DNA of 63,942 bases, the filler included, from an uncultured Methanosarcinales archaeon (GTDB lineage Archaea > Nanobdellota > Nanobdellia > Woesearchaeales > JABMPP01): the NCBI GenBank assembly GCA_964604995.1. It is 3 parts of 3 records of this genome, joined end to end, with 100 filler letters (N's around TTAATTAATTAA, not from the genome) between each part and the next. Parts side by side here need not be neighbours in the genome. Positions count along the whole stretch, not along the records: positions 1 to 28,798 come from CAZSAD010000023.1; 2 more parts are not named here. One strand, 5' to 3'. Of this stretch, positions 1-9,375 are shown piece after piece. The notes beneath the pieces are model-generated. The model had not been told where the DNA came from. It saw nothing but the letters and a program-made list of their open reading frames with translations, and ran no database searches. Both the position numbers and the translations under genes were made by a program. The stretch's first letter is position 1. The number at the start of each line of letters is the position of its first letter.

Positions 1-14
1 TTATTGGTAAATGA

Positions 15-98
15 CTGCGATTATTTAGTGTTGTATTAATATCGCAGCGAGGAACCTTGTGTTCCTCATGTTTTTACCAGATTTTTCCTAAAAATCTG
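15..98. repeat. three adjacent short inverted repeats abutting the tRNA 5' end
   Basis: CTGCGAT..ATCGCAG (15-47), GAGGAAC-cttgt-GTTCCTC (49-67), CAGATTTTT-cct-AAAAATCTG (78-98). Confidence 0.7.
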
Positions 99-170
99 CC
101 CTTGTGGTATAGTGGATCAGCATACGAGGTTGCGGACCTTGAGACCTGGGTTCGATTCCCAGCAGGGGCG
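98..170 (+). tRNA. tRNA-Arg(GCG)
   Basis: Acceptor GCCCTTG/CAGGGGC, anticodon arm CGAGG-TTGCGGA-CCTTG, T arm CTGGG-TTCGATT-CCCAG; no encoded CCA. Confidence 0.95.
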
Positions 171-190
171 TAAATACTTTTGAGCAGGAA

Positions 191-484
191 ATGGGAATAT
201 TAAGAAGAATATATTGGTGGATTTGGAATTTATTTTTTCCAAGAAAAAAACCTTTTCTTTCTTATTGGATAAAATCAAAAGCTGAAAGAAATCTCAATAA
301 AAGAATTTGGCAATTTAAACAAAAGCATCATGGTAGAGAACCCAATAAATATGAATTAAGATGGTTGGTAGTTAACGCAAGCCACATGACTGAAAAAAGA
401 AGAAATGATAGGGGACATTGGAAACGTCAAAAAATCAGAAAAGTATTACTTGAAGAAAGAGGAATACATTATAAAATGAAGTGA
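191..484 (+). CDS. small basic hypothetical protein
   Basis: 97-aa ORF directly after the tRNA, co-oriented with the defence operon. Confidence 0.65.
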   Translation: MGILRRIYWWIWNLFFPRKKPFLSYWIKSKAERNLNKRIWQFKQKHHGREPNKYELRWLVVNASHMTEKRRNDRGHWKRQKIRKVLLEERGIHYKMK

Positions 485-542
485 ATAAAAGTGCAAAAGG
501 TTAAATAGCAAAAAAGTATGATTTCTATCTAGGGGGTTGTTC

Positions 543-896
543 ATGTTAAAATATTGTATCCAAGAGCACAAAGCAAAAAAATTGCATTATGATTTAAGAT
601 TGGAATATAAAGAAAAAGCAAAGTCATGGGCGCTTCCAAAAAAACCAGAATTTACAGATGGACAAAAAAGATTAGCCATTCAAGTTGAAGATCACGATAT
701 TGATTATATGGGCTTTGAAGGAACAATATCTTCAGGGTATGGAGCAGGAACTGTTAAAATATGGGATAAAGGCTCTTACAAACCTAAAAAAATCGAAACA
801 GATAAATGGGAAATTATAATATCAGGTAAGAAGTTAAAAGGGGAATACCTCTTAATTCATTATAAAGATGAAAAATGGTTAATGTTTTCGAAATGA
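543..896 (+). CDS. stand-alone LigD 3'-phosphoesterase (PE) domain protein
   Basis: QEHKAKKLHYDLRLE, SWALPK, RLAIQVEDH, YGAGTVKIWDKG motifs; ATG 543 preferred over TTG 537 (GGGGG RBS). Confidence 0.9.
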   Translation: MLKYCIQEHKAKKLHYDLRLEYKEKAKSWALPKKPEFTDGQKRLAIQVEDHDIDYMGFEGTISSGYGAGTVKIWDKGSYKPKKIETDKWEIIISGKKLKGEYLLIHYKDEKWLMFSK

Positions 897-908
897 GAAG
901 TTGAGAAT

Positions 909-1130
909 ATGGCTGGAACCTATGTTGATAAAAAAGGATACAGAAGATTTTCAGATAGTGATAAACCAGTACATCAATGGGTTGCTGAAAAGAAAGTAGG
1001 TGGAGACATATACGAAGAAAGAGTTGTGCATCACAAAGATGGAAATAAGTTAAATAACAATCCCAATAATCTAAGTGTTATGGATAGAGATGAACATTCA
1101 AGCCTGCATGCAAGAAAGAGAAGATATTAA
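909..1130 (+). CDS. small HNH endonuclease-domain protein
   Basis: VHQWVAE...VVHHKDGNKLNNNPNNL...EHSSLH. Confidence 0.85.
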   Translation: MAGTYVDKKGYRRFSDSDKPVHQWVAEKKVGGDIYEERVVHHKDGNKLNNNPNNLSVMDRDEHSSLHARKRRY

Positions 1131-1154
1131 TTTTAGTGACTTGGAAGACAATAT

Positions 1155-3962
1155 ATGGACTTAAATGAATTTAGAACGAGAATAGAGAAAATTGATGTAA
1201 TGCTTAAAGAGCAAGGATGGAATGTTAAAGATAGGTCTAAAGTTATTTTAGAAGTTGACACAAAACAGTCTGACTTCAAAAAAAGAAATTATAAAGTTGT
1301 ATCCGAGACTATAAGCAATGATTTGGAAAGTAAGTATGCTGATTACATGCTCTTGGATAGCAACGGAGACCCTTTTGCAGTTATTGAAGCCAAGAGAACT
1401 TGTAAAGACCCAATTGTTGGACAAAAACAAGCAGAACAATATGCTAACGACATTAAAAACCAAACTGGAAAAGAGGTTTTTATTTTCCTTTCAAATGGAT
1501 ATGAAATACTTTTCTGGAACAAACCTTTTGAAAATCCGAGATTAGTCAAAGGATTTCATACACAAGCAGACCTTGAGAGAATTAGATTTCAAAATCATGC
1601 TAAAAAAGATTTTTCAGATGTTCCAATAAAAAAAGAAATTATTGACAGGCCTTACCAAGTAGAATGTGTTAAAAGAGTTCTTGAAGGAATACAACGAGGT
1701 AAAAGAAAATTTTTAGTTGTTCAAGCAACTGGAACTGGAAAGACAAGAGTAGCGATGGCGTTGATTGATGTTTTATTGAGGGCAAATAAAGCACAGAAAA
1801 TTTTATTCTTGGCCGACAGAAAAGCATTAAGAGACCAAGCTTATGATGAAGGTTTTAAGGTTTGGTTTCCAAACGAAGCGAAATCAAAAGTATTTAGCGG
1901 TAATTTAGATAAGAATGCGAGATTATATGCTTCTACAATTCAGACATTTATGGAATGCTATGATAAATTTTCAGTAGGAGATTTTGATGTCATAATTTCG
2001 GATGAAGCTCACAGGTCAATTTACAATAAATGGAAAGAAGTTTTTACTTATTTTGATGCAGTGCAAATTGGTTTAACTGCAACACCTTCTGATTTGATTG
2101 ATAGAGACACATTCAGATTTTTTCAGTGTGAAGGGCAAAAGCCATCTTCACTTTACACTTATGAACAAGCTGTTAAAGAAAATTACCTTGCAGATTTCAG
2201 AGTATATGGAGCACAAACACACTTCCAGATTGAAGGTGTTAATCCTCAAGACATTCCAGACCAAGTAAAAAAGAAATTACTTGAAGAAGGCATGGAAGAA
2301 GATGACATGTCTTGGGAAGGAACAGCTATAGAAAAGAAAATTTCAGTTGTTGGTACAAATGAAGCTATTGTCAAGGAATTTATGGATAATTGCTTAATGG
2401 ATGAGACTGGAACATTGCCTGCAAAAAGCATTTTTTTTGCAGTATCTAAAAAACACGCTAAAAGATTATGGGAAGCATTTGAAAAACTTTACCCTGAATA
2501 TAAGGGTAGGCTTGTTAGAATAATAACTTCAGAAGATAGCAGAGCACAAGATTTATTAAAAGATTTCAAGACTGAAAACTTTCCGAGAATAGCTATTTCA
2601 ATTGATATGCTTGATACTGGTGTTGATATTCCAGAAGTATGTAACCTTGCTTTTGCTAAACCAGTATTTTCAAAAACAAAATTTTGGCAGATGATAGGCA
2701 GAGGAACAAGACATGATTATGTATGTAAACACAGAGAGTGGCTACCATTTGGAAAGAAAGAACATTTTTTGATATTTGATTTCTGGAATAATTTTGAATA
2801 TTTCAATATGCATCCAGAAGGTAAAGAAGCAAATCCTACTGAAGCTGTAACAACAAGAATATTCAAAATAAGAATTCAACAATTGGGAATATTTGTTAAA
2901 GCTAAAGAAAAGGAAAAAGTTGAATTATTAAAATCAAAAATTTTAGATGATATTAACAAATTACCAATCAAGTCTGCTTCTTTAAAAGAACATTTACGCA
3001 ATATTGAAATTGCAAAATCGGATAAGCTTTGGGACAATGTGGGCGTTAATCCACTCCAATTCCTTAAGAGTGCAATAACACCATTGATGAAATATCAAAC
3101 CGATGTAAACTTAAATTCTGCTTCATTCGTTTTGAAATGTGAGAAGCTGGGTCTTGCATTATTAGAGAGCGATAAAAAAACAGTTGATGAGTTAAAAGTT
3201 GAAATTGGAGAGTGGCTTAATTGTTTGCCAAGAAATTTACAGCAAGTTAAAATAAAAGAGAAACTTCTTGAGAAAGTATTAAGTAAAGAGTTCTGGAAAA
3301 ATGTAAGTTATGATGATAGCCTTATGCTCATAAAAGAGTTCGCTTCATTAATGGTATATAAAAGAGCAGAGCCAAGACAGATAATTGTTTTGGATATGGA
3401 TGACCTTGTTCAACAAAGGAAACTTATTGAATATGGTATAGAGCCACAACAAGAATATGTTGATATTTACAGAAAGAAAGTTGAGAAAAGAATAAAAGAA
3501 TTAGCTGAAAATGACCCAACAATCAAAAAAATCCAAGAAGACAAGATGATAACAGAAAATGATTTACACAAACTGGAAAAAACATTGAACAGTCCAGAAC
3601 TTTTTATCACAGAAGAAAACTTGCAAAAAATTTATGAGAAGAATAAAGGTACATTAACAGAATTTATTAAAAAAGTGTTAGGGTTATATGAATTTCCTGA
3701 ACCTGAAAAAGTTATTGAGCAGGAGTTCAAGACATTTATGATTGCAAATAATCAATTATACAGTGCAGACCAGATTAATTTCTTAAGAACATTGCAAACA
3801 GTATTCTCAAAAAAGAAACACATTGAATTTGATGATTTTTTTGAAGCTCCTTTTACTAATTTTGGAACAAACGCACCAACACCTTTATTTACAGAGGAAC
3901 AGTTAAAAGGAATGGTTGATATGTGTCATAAATTAGAAAAAGAATTGTTCGTGGAGGCCTAA
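1155..3962 (+). CDS. hsdR: type I restriction enzyme R subunit (EcoAI/EcoEI-like)
   Basis: ADY..IEAK nuclease motif, ATGTGKT, DEAH, GLTATP, MLDTGVD, QMIGRGTR. Confidence 0.95.
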   Translation: MDLNEFRTRIEKIDVMLKEQGWNVKDRSKVILEVDTKQSDFKKRNYKVVSETISNDLESKYADYMLLDSNGDPFAVIEAKRTCKDPIVGQKQAEQYANDIKNQTGKEVFIFLSNGYEILFWNKPFENPRLVKGFHTQADLERIRFQNHAKKDFSDVPIKKEIIDRPYQVECVKRVLEGIQRGKRKFLVVQATGTGKTRVAMALIDVLLRANKAQKILFLADRKALRDQAYDEGFKVWFPNEAKSKVFSGNLDKNARLYASTIQTFMECYDKFSVGDFDVIISDEAHRSIYNKWKEVFTYFDAVQIGLTATPSDLIDRDTFRFFQCEGQKPSSLYTYEQAVKENYLADFRVYGAQTHFQIEGVNPQDIPDQVKKKLLEEGMEEDDMSWEGTAIEKKISVVGTNEAIVKEFMDNCLMDETGTLPAKSIFFAVSKKHAKRLWEAFEKLYPEYKGRLVRIITSEDSRAQDLLKDFKTENFPRIAISIDMLDTGVDIPEVCNLAFAKPVFSKTKFWQMIGRGTRHDYVCKHREWLPFGKKEHFLIFDFWNNFEYFNMHPEGKEANPTEAVTTRIFKIRIQQLGIFVKAKEKEKVELLKSKILDDINKLPIKSASLKEHLRNIEIAKSDKLWDNVGVNPLQFLKSAITPLMKYQTDVNLNSASFVLKCEKLGLALLESDKKTVDELKVEIGEWLNCLPRNLQQVKIKEKLLEKVLSKEFWKNVSYDDSLMLIKEFASLMVYKRAEPRQIIVLDMDDLVQQRKLIEYGIEPQQEYVDIYRKKVEKRIKELAENDPTIKKIQEDKMITENDLHKLEKTLNSPELFITEENLQKIYEKNKGTLTEFIKKVLGLYEFPEPEKVIEQEFKTFMIANNQLYSADQINFLRTLQTVFSKKKHIEFDDFFEAPFTNFGTNAPTPLFTEEQLKGMVDMCHKLEKELFVEA

Positions 3963-3963
3963 A

Positions 3964-5478
3964 ATGTTAGCAGCAGATTTGAAATCACAGATAAACAAAT
4001 TATGGGACAGATTTTGGGCTGGAGGAATTGCCAATCCACTTACAGCAATTGAACAAATTTCATACTTAATTTTTATGAAAAGACTGGAAGACCTTGACAA
4101 TGTTGACAAAAAAAGAGCAGAAGCACGAGGAGAAAAATACAAATCAGTTTTTGATGGTTTTATTGAAGTAAACAACATAAAGATTGATAAGGGTAAATGT
4201 AGATGGTCGCACTGGAAACATTTCAATGCGGAAGAAATGACTATCCATGTTAGAGACAAAGTTTTTCCATTCTTGAAATCAATACAAAAAGGGAATGATG
4301 GTGAATTTTCCAAACAGATGCAAGAAGCTATTTTTATGATACCCAAACCTTCATTATTACAAGAAGCTGTGAAAATAATAGATGATTTGAATATAACTGC
4401 AAGAAACCAAGACATACAAGGAGACCTTTATGAATATTTATTGTCTGAACTCAACCAGGCTGGTAAATCGGGACAGTTTAGAACACCAAGACACATTATC
4501 AGAATGATGGTTGAATTAATCAATCCACAGCTCGGTGAAAAGATTTGTGACCCTGCATGCGGAACTGCTGGTTTTCTTATTAATGCTTATCAATATATTT
4601 TGAAAGTCAATACAAGCAAAGACTTAATTCAATATGATGAAGAAGGAGTTGCTCATAACCTTATAGGCAACAATATAGTAGACAAAAAGCATTGGAACTT
4701 ACTAAAGCAAAATACACTTTATGGATATGATTTTGATGCAACAATGGCAAGGATTGCATCAATGAATATGATTTTGCACGGAATAGAACATCCACATATT
4801 GTAAGGTTTGATGCATTGTCAAAAACATTTGAACAAAAAGCTGACTATGATATTATTTTAGCTAATCCTCCATTTACGGGTAGCATTGATAAAGGAGATG
4901 TTCACGATAGTCTAAAAACTGTAACAACGAAAACAGAATTATTATTCTTGGAGTTGTTTTATAACTTATTAGATAAAGGTGGAAGGTGTGCCGTTATTGT
5001 TCCAAACGGAGTATTGTTTGGAAGTTCAAATGCACATTTACAAATTAGAAAATTACTTACTGAAAAATGCCAATTAGAGGCAGTTATTTCAATGCCTTCT
5101 GGAGTGTTTAAACCTTATTCTGGAGTTGGAACTGCTGTTCTTGTTTTCACCAAAAGTGGAAAGACAAGCAATGTATGGTTTTATGATATGAAAAGTGATG
5201 GTTACAGTTTAGATGATAAGAGAGATGTTATTGACGGTAAAGGAGACATTCCAGATATTGTTAAGAAATACAAAACAAAAGAAGCTGGAGCCAATAGCCT
5301 TGTTGTTAGTTTTGATGACATCAAGAACAATGATTACAATTTGTCAATTTCTCGTTATAAAGAAGTGATACGCGAGAAAGTTGAATATGAAAACCCAGTC
5401 AAAATAATTGACAAAGTCAAGAAAATTGAAGATGAAATTTCAAAAGAATTGGATGAGCTGAAGAAGATGATAAAATGA
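3964..5478 (+). CDS. hsdM: type I R-M N6-adenine methyltransferase M subunit
   Basis: GQFRTPRHI, DPACGTAGFL, NPPF. Confidence 0.95.
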   Translation: MLAADLKSQINKLWDRFWAGGIANPLTAIEQISYLIFMKRLEDLDNVDKKRAEARGEKYKSVFDGFIEVNNIKIDKGKCRWSHWKHFNAEEMTIHVRDKVFPFLKSIQKGNDGEFSKQMQEAIFMIPKPSLLQEAVKIIDDLNITARNQDIQGDLYEYLLSELNQAGKSGQFRTPRHIIRMMVELINPQLGEKICDPACGTAGFLINAYQYILKVNTSKDLIQYDEEGVAHNLIGNNIVDKKHWNLLKQNTLYGYDFDATMARIASMNMILHGIEHPHIVRFDALSKTFEQKADYDIILANPPFTGSIDKGDVHDSLKTVTTKTELLFLELFYNLLDKGGRCAVIVPNGVLFGSSNAHLQIRKLLTEKCQLEAVISMPSGVFKPYSGVGTAVLVFTKSGKTSNVWFYDMKSDGYSLDDKRDVIDGKGDIPDIVKKYKTKEAGANSLVVSFDDIKNNDYNLSISRYKEVIREKVEYENPVKIIDKVKKIEDEISKELDELKKMIK

Positions 5479-5708
5479 GTAAAATAATTAAGATATTGAT
5501 AAGTTCAGTAATTGGGCTAATTATAGACCAAGTTTTCTCTATAACTGACATTATTAAGCAGGCTCTGGAGCCGTTTATGGTAGGACCTTTCTTGGCACCA
5601 ATAAAACCTGTAATAATCTTGTGCTTTTTTATTTGTGAAATAGCAGGCACGTATCAACTACTGCAAAAGTTAAAAGTATTTTCAATTATGAGGATATCAG
5701 ATGACTAA
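5475..5708 (+). CDS. small membrane protein
   Basis: ATG overlaps hsdM stop; hydrophobic segments; overlaps next start. Confidence 0.55.
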   Translation: MSKIIKILISSVIGLIIDQVFSITDIIKQALEPFMVGPFLAPIKPVIILCFFICEIAGTYQLLQKLKVFSIMRISDD

Positions 5709-6696
5709 AGAAAAAAAAGAGGAGAAGGAACAAAATTTTAAGCTTTTAGGTGAACCTGACCACTGGGAGTCTGGTAGGAAAGTAAGCGAAGCTTCTTATT
5801 TACAAAGAAAAGACGGAACGAAAGGCATTTCTTTCAAGATAGGAACTAAAAATATATGGGCTAAAACAATCTGGATAGATGAAGAACTTGATTTACCCTC
5901 TTGGCTTAATTGGTTTATTAGGACAATCAAAACAGGTTATCTAAAACTATTCGGTAAGAAAGCCATAACTCCCGATGAGGCAAAAGAATTTTATCAAGCT
6001 AAGATTGATGAATTAACCACCCAACTTGCAGAAGCAAAAAACAGATTAGACGAGGCTGAGAAAAAGAAAGCTGATTATGAAATGAAATTGGCTTATGCTA
6101 AGAAGGTTGAGTCCAATCTTGCTGAATACAAAAAAACCTTTGGAGAATTTAAAAAGATTGTTGATGATAGCATCATGGCAGACACTGGAAAAGAAGAGGA
6201 GATAAAAACAAAAATCAAGGACAATCGCTGGATACTAGGATTGGAATGCTTTGTAGAGGCGAAAAATCAGACAATCGATAACCAGACTCAAATTGACTTA
6301 CATATCAAAACAAAGTATGACCAGGATAGGATATTTGAAATAAAAAGCCCAAACGTAAAATTGTTTGACAAAAAAGAGGGTAAGGAAAAACGAAGGTTGA
6401 TAATTTCTAAAACACTGGCAGATGGTCTTAGTGAACTATTGCTTTACCTTAGAAGAACAGACTTGCATAGTGATGATAAGAATAAAGGGTCTTATGGCAT
6501 CCAAAAAGCATCTGGGTATATTTTAATGGGAATGAACTTGGACTCCAACGAGAAAGAGATGATTACAGAATTGAATTTTCACTTGTATCCCCATATCCAA
6601 ATCACAACTTATAATGATTTGATGAAAAATACTGAGAGAGAACTGGAAATAGTAGAGGGGCTAAAAAGTAATGAAAGCAAGCAAACTGCAAACTAG
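5701..6696 (+). CDS. Shedu-like (DUF4263) PD-(D/E)xK nuclease with coiled coil and unrecognised N-terminal domain
   Basis: C-terminal IDL...FEIKSP...LADGLSELLLY...GYILMG...IQITTYNDL resembles the SduA nuclease domain; central heptad coiled coil. Confidence 0.65.
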   Translation: MTKEKKEEKEQNFKLLGEPDHWESGRKVSEASYLQRKDGTKGISFKIGTKNIWAKTIWIDEELDLPSWLNWFIRTIKTGYLKLFGKKAITPDEAKEFYQAKIDELTTQLAEAKNRLDEAEKKKADYEMKLAYAKKVESNLAEYKKTFGEFKKIVDDSIMADTGKEEEIKTKIKDNRWILGLECFVEAKNQTIDNQTQIDLHIKTKYDQDRIFEIKSPNVKLFDKKEGKEKRRLIISKTLADGLSELLLYLRRTDLHSDDKNKGSYGIQKASGYILMGMNLDSNEKEMITELNFHLYPHIQITTYNDLMKNTERELEIVEGLKSNESKQTAN

Positions 6697-7810
6697 GACA
6701 CTTGGAGAAATTTGTGATGTGAAGAAAGGCACTTCCATAACTAAATTAAAGGTTACAGAAGGAGATATTCCAGTTATAGCAGGTGGCCAACAACCAGCAT
6801 ATTACCACAATGTAGCTAATAGACAAGATGCAGTAATTACTATTAGTGCCTCTGGAGCATACGCAGGCTTCATAAATTATTTTGAAACACCCATTTTTGC
6901 TTCAGACTGCACTACAATTCAATCGAAGAACGAGTCAATAGTCTTGACGAGATATGTACATTTAATACTAAAATCCCAACAAAAAAAAATTTATGGTTTC
7001 CAAACAGGTGCGGGACAACCTCATGTTTATGCTAAGGATTTAATTAAAATTGAAATTCCACTTCCTCCTCTCCCAGTTCAAAAGCAAATAGTTGCTATTC
7101 TTGAAAGGGTTGAAAAGCTTAAGGAGAAAAGAGAGCTGGCTAATGAAGAAACATGTAAGATGATACAATCATTGTTTTATGAGATGTTTGGAGACCCTGT
7201 AAAAAATGAGAAAGGATGGAATAAACTGGACATTGGACAATGTTGTCAAGTTAAGGGAGGGAAAAGGATACCTAAAGGGATGAAATTTTCAGATATTCAA
7301 ACTAATAGACCTTATTTAAGAGTGACTGATATGAGAGAAAATACAATTATCTCTAAAGAGATTAAATATATTTCTGAAGACATTTTCTCTAAAATCAAAA
7401 GATATATTATTTCTTCAGACAATGTATATATTACAATTGCAGGTTCTATTGGATTAGTTGGAACAATTCCAACTAAATATAATGGTGCATCATTAACAGA
7501 AAATGCTGCTAAATTAGTTTTTGATGAGATGAAGATAAATAAAATATATTTAGTTTATATGTTAAATAGTAAATATTGTCAAAAGCAAATAGAGATTCAT
7601 ACACACACAGTAGGTGTTCCAAAATTAGCTTTATTCAGAATTGAAAAGATAGAAATATTATTGCCACCCATTGAACTCCAAAATCAATTTGCTTTATACG
7701 TTGAAAGGATGACCTCAATAAACTCAAAACAACAACAGTCAACTCAAGAAATAAACCAATTGTTTGATGCACTCATGCAAAAGACATTTGCTGGAGAATT
7801 AACAATCTAA
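6671..7810 (+). CDS. hsdS: type I R-M specificity subunit
   Basis: Two TRDs with conserved IPLPPLPVQKQIV, FYEMFGDP, LPPIELQNQF, LMQKTFAGEL. Confidence 0.95.
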   Translation: MKASKLQTRTLGEICDVKKGTSITKLKVTEGDIPVIAGGQQPAYYHNVANRQDAVITISASGAYAGFINYFETPIFASDCTTIQSKNESIVLTRYVHLILKSQQKKIYGFQTGAGQPHVYAKDLIKIEIPLPPLPVQKQIVAILERVEKLKEKRELANEETCKMIQSLFYEMFGDPVKNEKGWNKLDIGQCCQVKGGKRIPKGMKFSDIQTNRPYLRVTDMRENTIISKEIKYISEDIFSKIKRYIISSDNVYITIAGSIGLVGTIPTKYNGASLTENAAKLVFDEMKINKIYLVYMLNSKYCQKQIEIHTHTVGVPKLALFRIEKIEILLPPIELQNQFALYVERMTSINSKQQQSTQEINQLFDALMQKTFAGELTI

Positions 7811-7811
7811 A

Positions 7812-8006
7812 ATGGAAATTGAAGAAATAGTTAAGGGAGTAGTTGGAATTATTTTAGCTGTTGCATTACTTGGTGCTTTTATTCCTGTTGTAAACCAGCT
7901 TACAGCAACCTCTAATATTCCAGGTTTTAGTTTTTTTAATCTTTTATTACCTCTTGTTATTTTTATCATATTCTTAAGATTTGTTAAAGAGGTGTTTAAT
8001 TTATGA
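7812..8006 (+). CDS. small two-TM membrane protein
   Basis: Starts 1 nt after hsdS stop; two hydrophobic helices. Confidence 0.6.
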   Translation: MEIEEIVKGVVGIILAVALLGAFIPVVNQLTATSNIPGFSFFNLLLPLVIFIIFLRFVKEVFNL

Positions 8007-8482
8007 ATGCCTCTGACAAACCCGAACCAGAAATAACCATAAGTGATAAACAGATAATAAATATTTTTACGTTGTTCGTTATTGGTTCAGTTATATTTGT
8101 GATTTTGAATTATCTACCTAAAAATCCAGAAACCAACTTTTATGTTAATCTTTACCTCATTCTACAATTTATTGGGGGAATATGTTATTTGTTAGTTTTG
8201 CTTGTTTTGCTTGTTTATTATTTCATAAAAGGAAGAGTGAAACTCATTAATCATCTGAAAAAACATGGGAAGTCATATGCATTTTGGGGATTTGTTCTTG
8301 TATGCATAATAATTATTATAATTATCTACATTAAAATTAGTTTCTGGAGTGCAGTGATTACTAGTGGTATTTTTGTTATAGGTTTAATTGCTACTCTTTT
8401 TTCCAATTTTTTTGTTGGTTATTTTAAAGAAAAAATTTTAAATAGGAATAAAAAAGTAGAAATACAAGATAAAAAAAATTAA
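8003..8482 (+). CDS. multi-TM membrane protein
   Basis: ATGA overlap; about four hydrophobic helices. Confidence 0.65.
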   Translation: MNASDKPEPEITISDKQIINIFTLFVIGSVIFVILNYLPKNPETNFYVNLYLILQFIGGICYLLVLLVLLVYYFIKGRVKLINHLKKHGKSYAFWGFVLVCIIIIIIIYIKISFWSAVITSGIFVIGLIATLFSNFFVGYFKEKILNRNKKVEIQDKKN

Positions 8483-8612
8483 TATCTTACAAGGTCACAT
8501 TAAATTTTTCATTTTTTAAAATCAGGTTTTAATATGTTAAATAATAAATGATTTATTTTTTATTTTATGACAAGAAAATAGTATCTTAGGAATAATACAA
8601 TTCGCTCTCTTT

Positions 8613-8626
8613 CCAGCAGGAGTGTA
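8613..8626 (+). repeat. degenerate direct repeat of tRNA-Arg 3' end (attR-like)
   Basis: CCAGCAGGAGTGTA vs CCAGCAGGGGCGTA at 159-172 (12/14, both differences are transitions). Confidence 0.55.
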
Positions 8627-8658
8627 TAATTTATTTTAGAAAAGTAATAACTTAATCA

Positions 8659-9279
8659 TCATAATTCTAAAAACGGTTTCAAAATTATTGTAATAAATTG
8701 CCATAAAACAATAAATAAAGTAATGGTAGATATCCAAAATATAATCCAGTTATCTAAAAAAGAAGGTCGTTGAAATATTGGTTGAATAGTACTTGATTCA
8801 TTAAAATCACCATCGTTAACATTTAAACACCATAACATATACCATGTATTGTTTATATTTTCGTAATAAAAAGAATCAATAGATGTACTCCCGTGGTGGA
8901 CTTCTTTTAATTTATCAGGATATAAACCTGTAAACATTTGTATATGATTAAAATCTATAACCCCTGTTTCTTGGGTTCTAGCTAAAAGTAAATCTCCTTC
9001 GTGTACTGATCGAGGATCAATAGAGAATGTAATTGTAAACATGATAGAATCATTAAATTTATTTGAACAATATTTATCATGTAAAGGACTGTGCATAGAT
9101 GATGTTTCATTTATATAGGTAAATTGTGTTTTATCCCATTCATCGAATTTACTTTCAATTTTTATATGTGGAAAAATAGTTTGTGTTTGTTTAGCAACAA
9201 AAAATGAGAAACAAAAAACAATGAGCATGAACAAATAGGGGGATTTATTCTTTTTTATAAATTTTAAAATCTTGTTCAT
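8659..9279 (-). CDS. membrane-anchored hypothetical protein
   Basis: 206-aa ORF with N- and C-terminal TM segments. Confidence 0.7.
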   Translation of the reverse strand: MNKILKFIKKNKSPYLFMLIVFCFSFFVAKQTQTIFPHIKIESKFDEWDKTQFTYINETSSMHSPLHDKYCSNKFNDSIMFTITFSIDPRSVHEGDLLLARTQETGVIDFNHIQMFTGLYPDKLKEVHHGSTSIDSFYYENINNTWYMLWCLNVNDGDFNESSTIQPIFQRPSFLDNWIIFWISTITLFIVLWQFITIILKPFLEL

Positions 9280-9375
9280 ATAGGGTTGTAGATCTTAAAT
9301 TATTTAAAGTTAATTCTTTTATTTTTTTATTTTCAAAAATAAATTTCTCCCAATAACAATTTAGTATAATTATCT

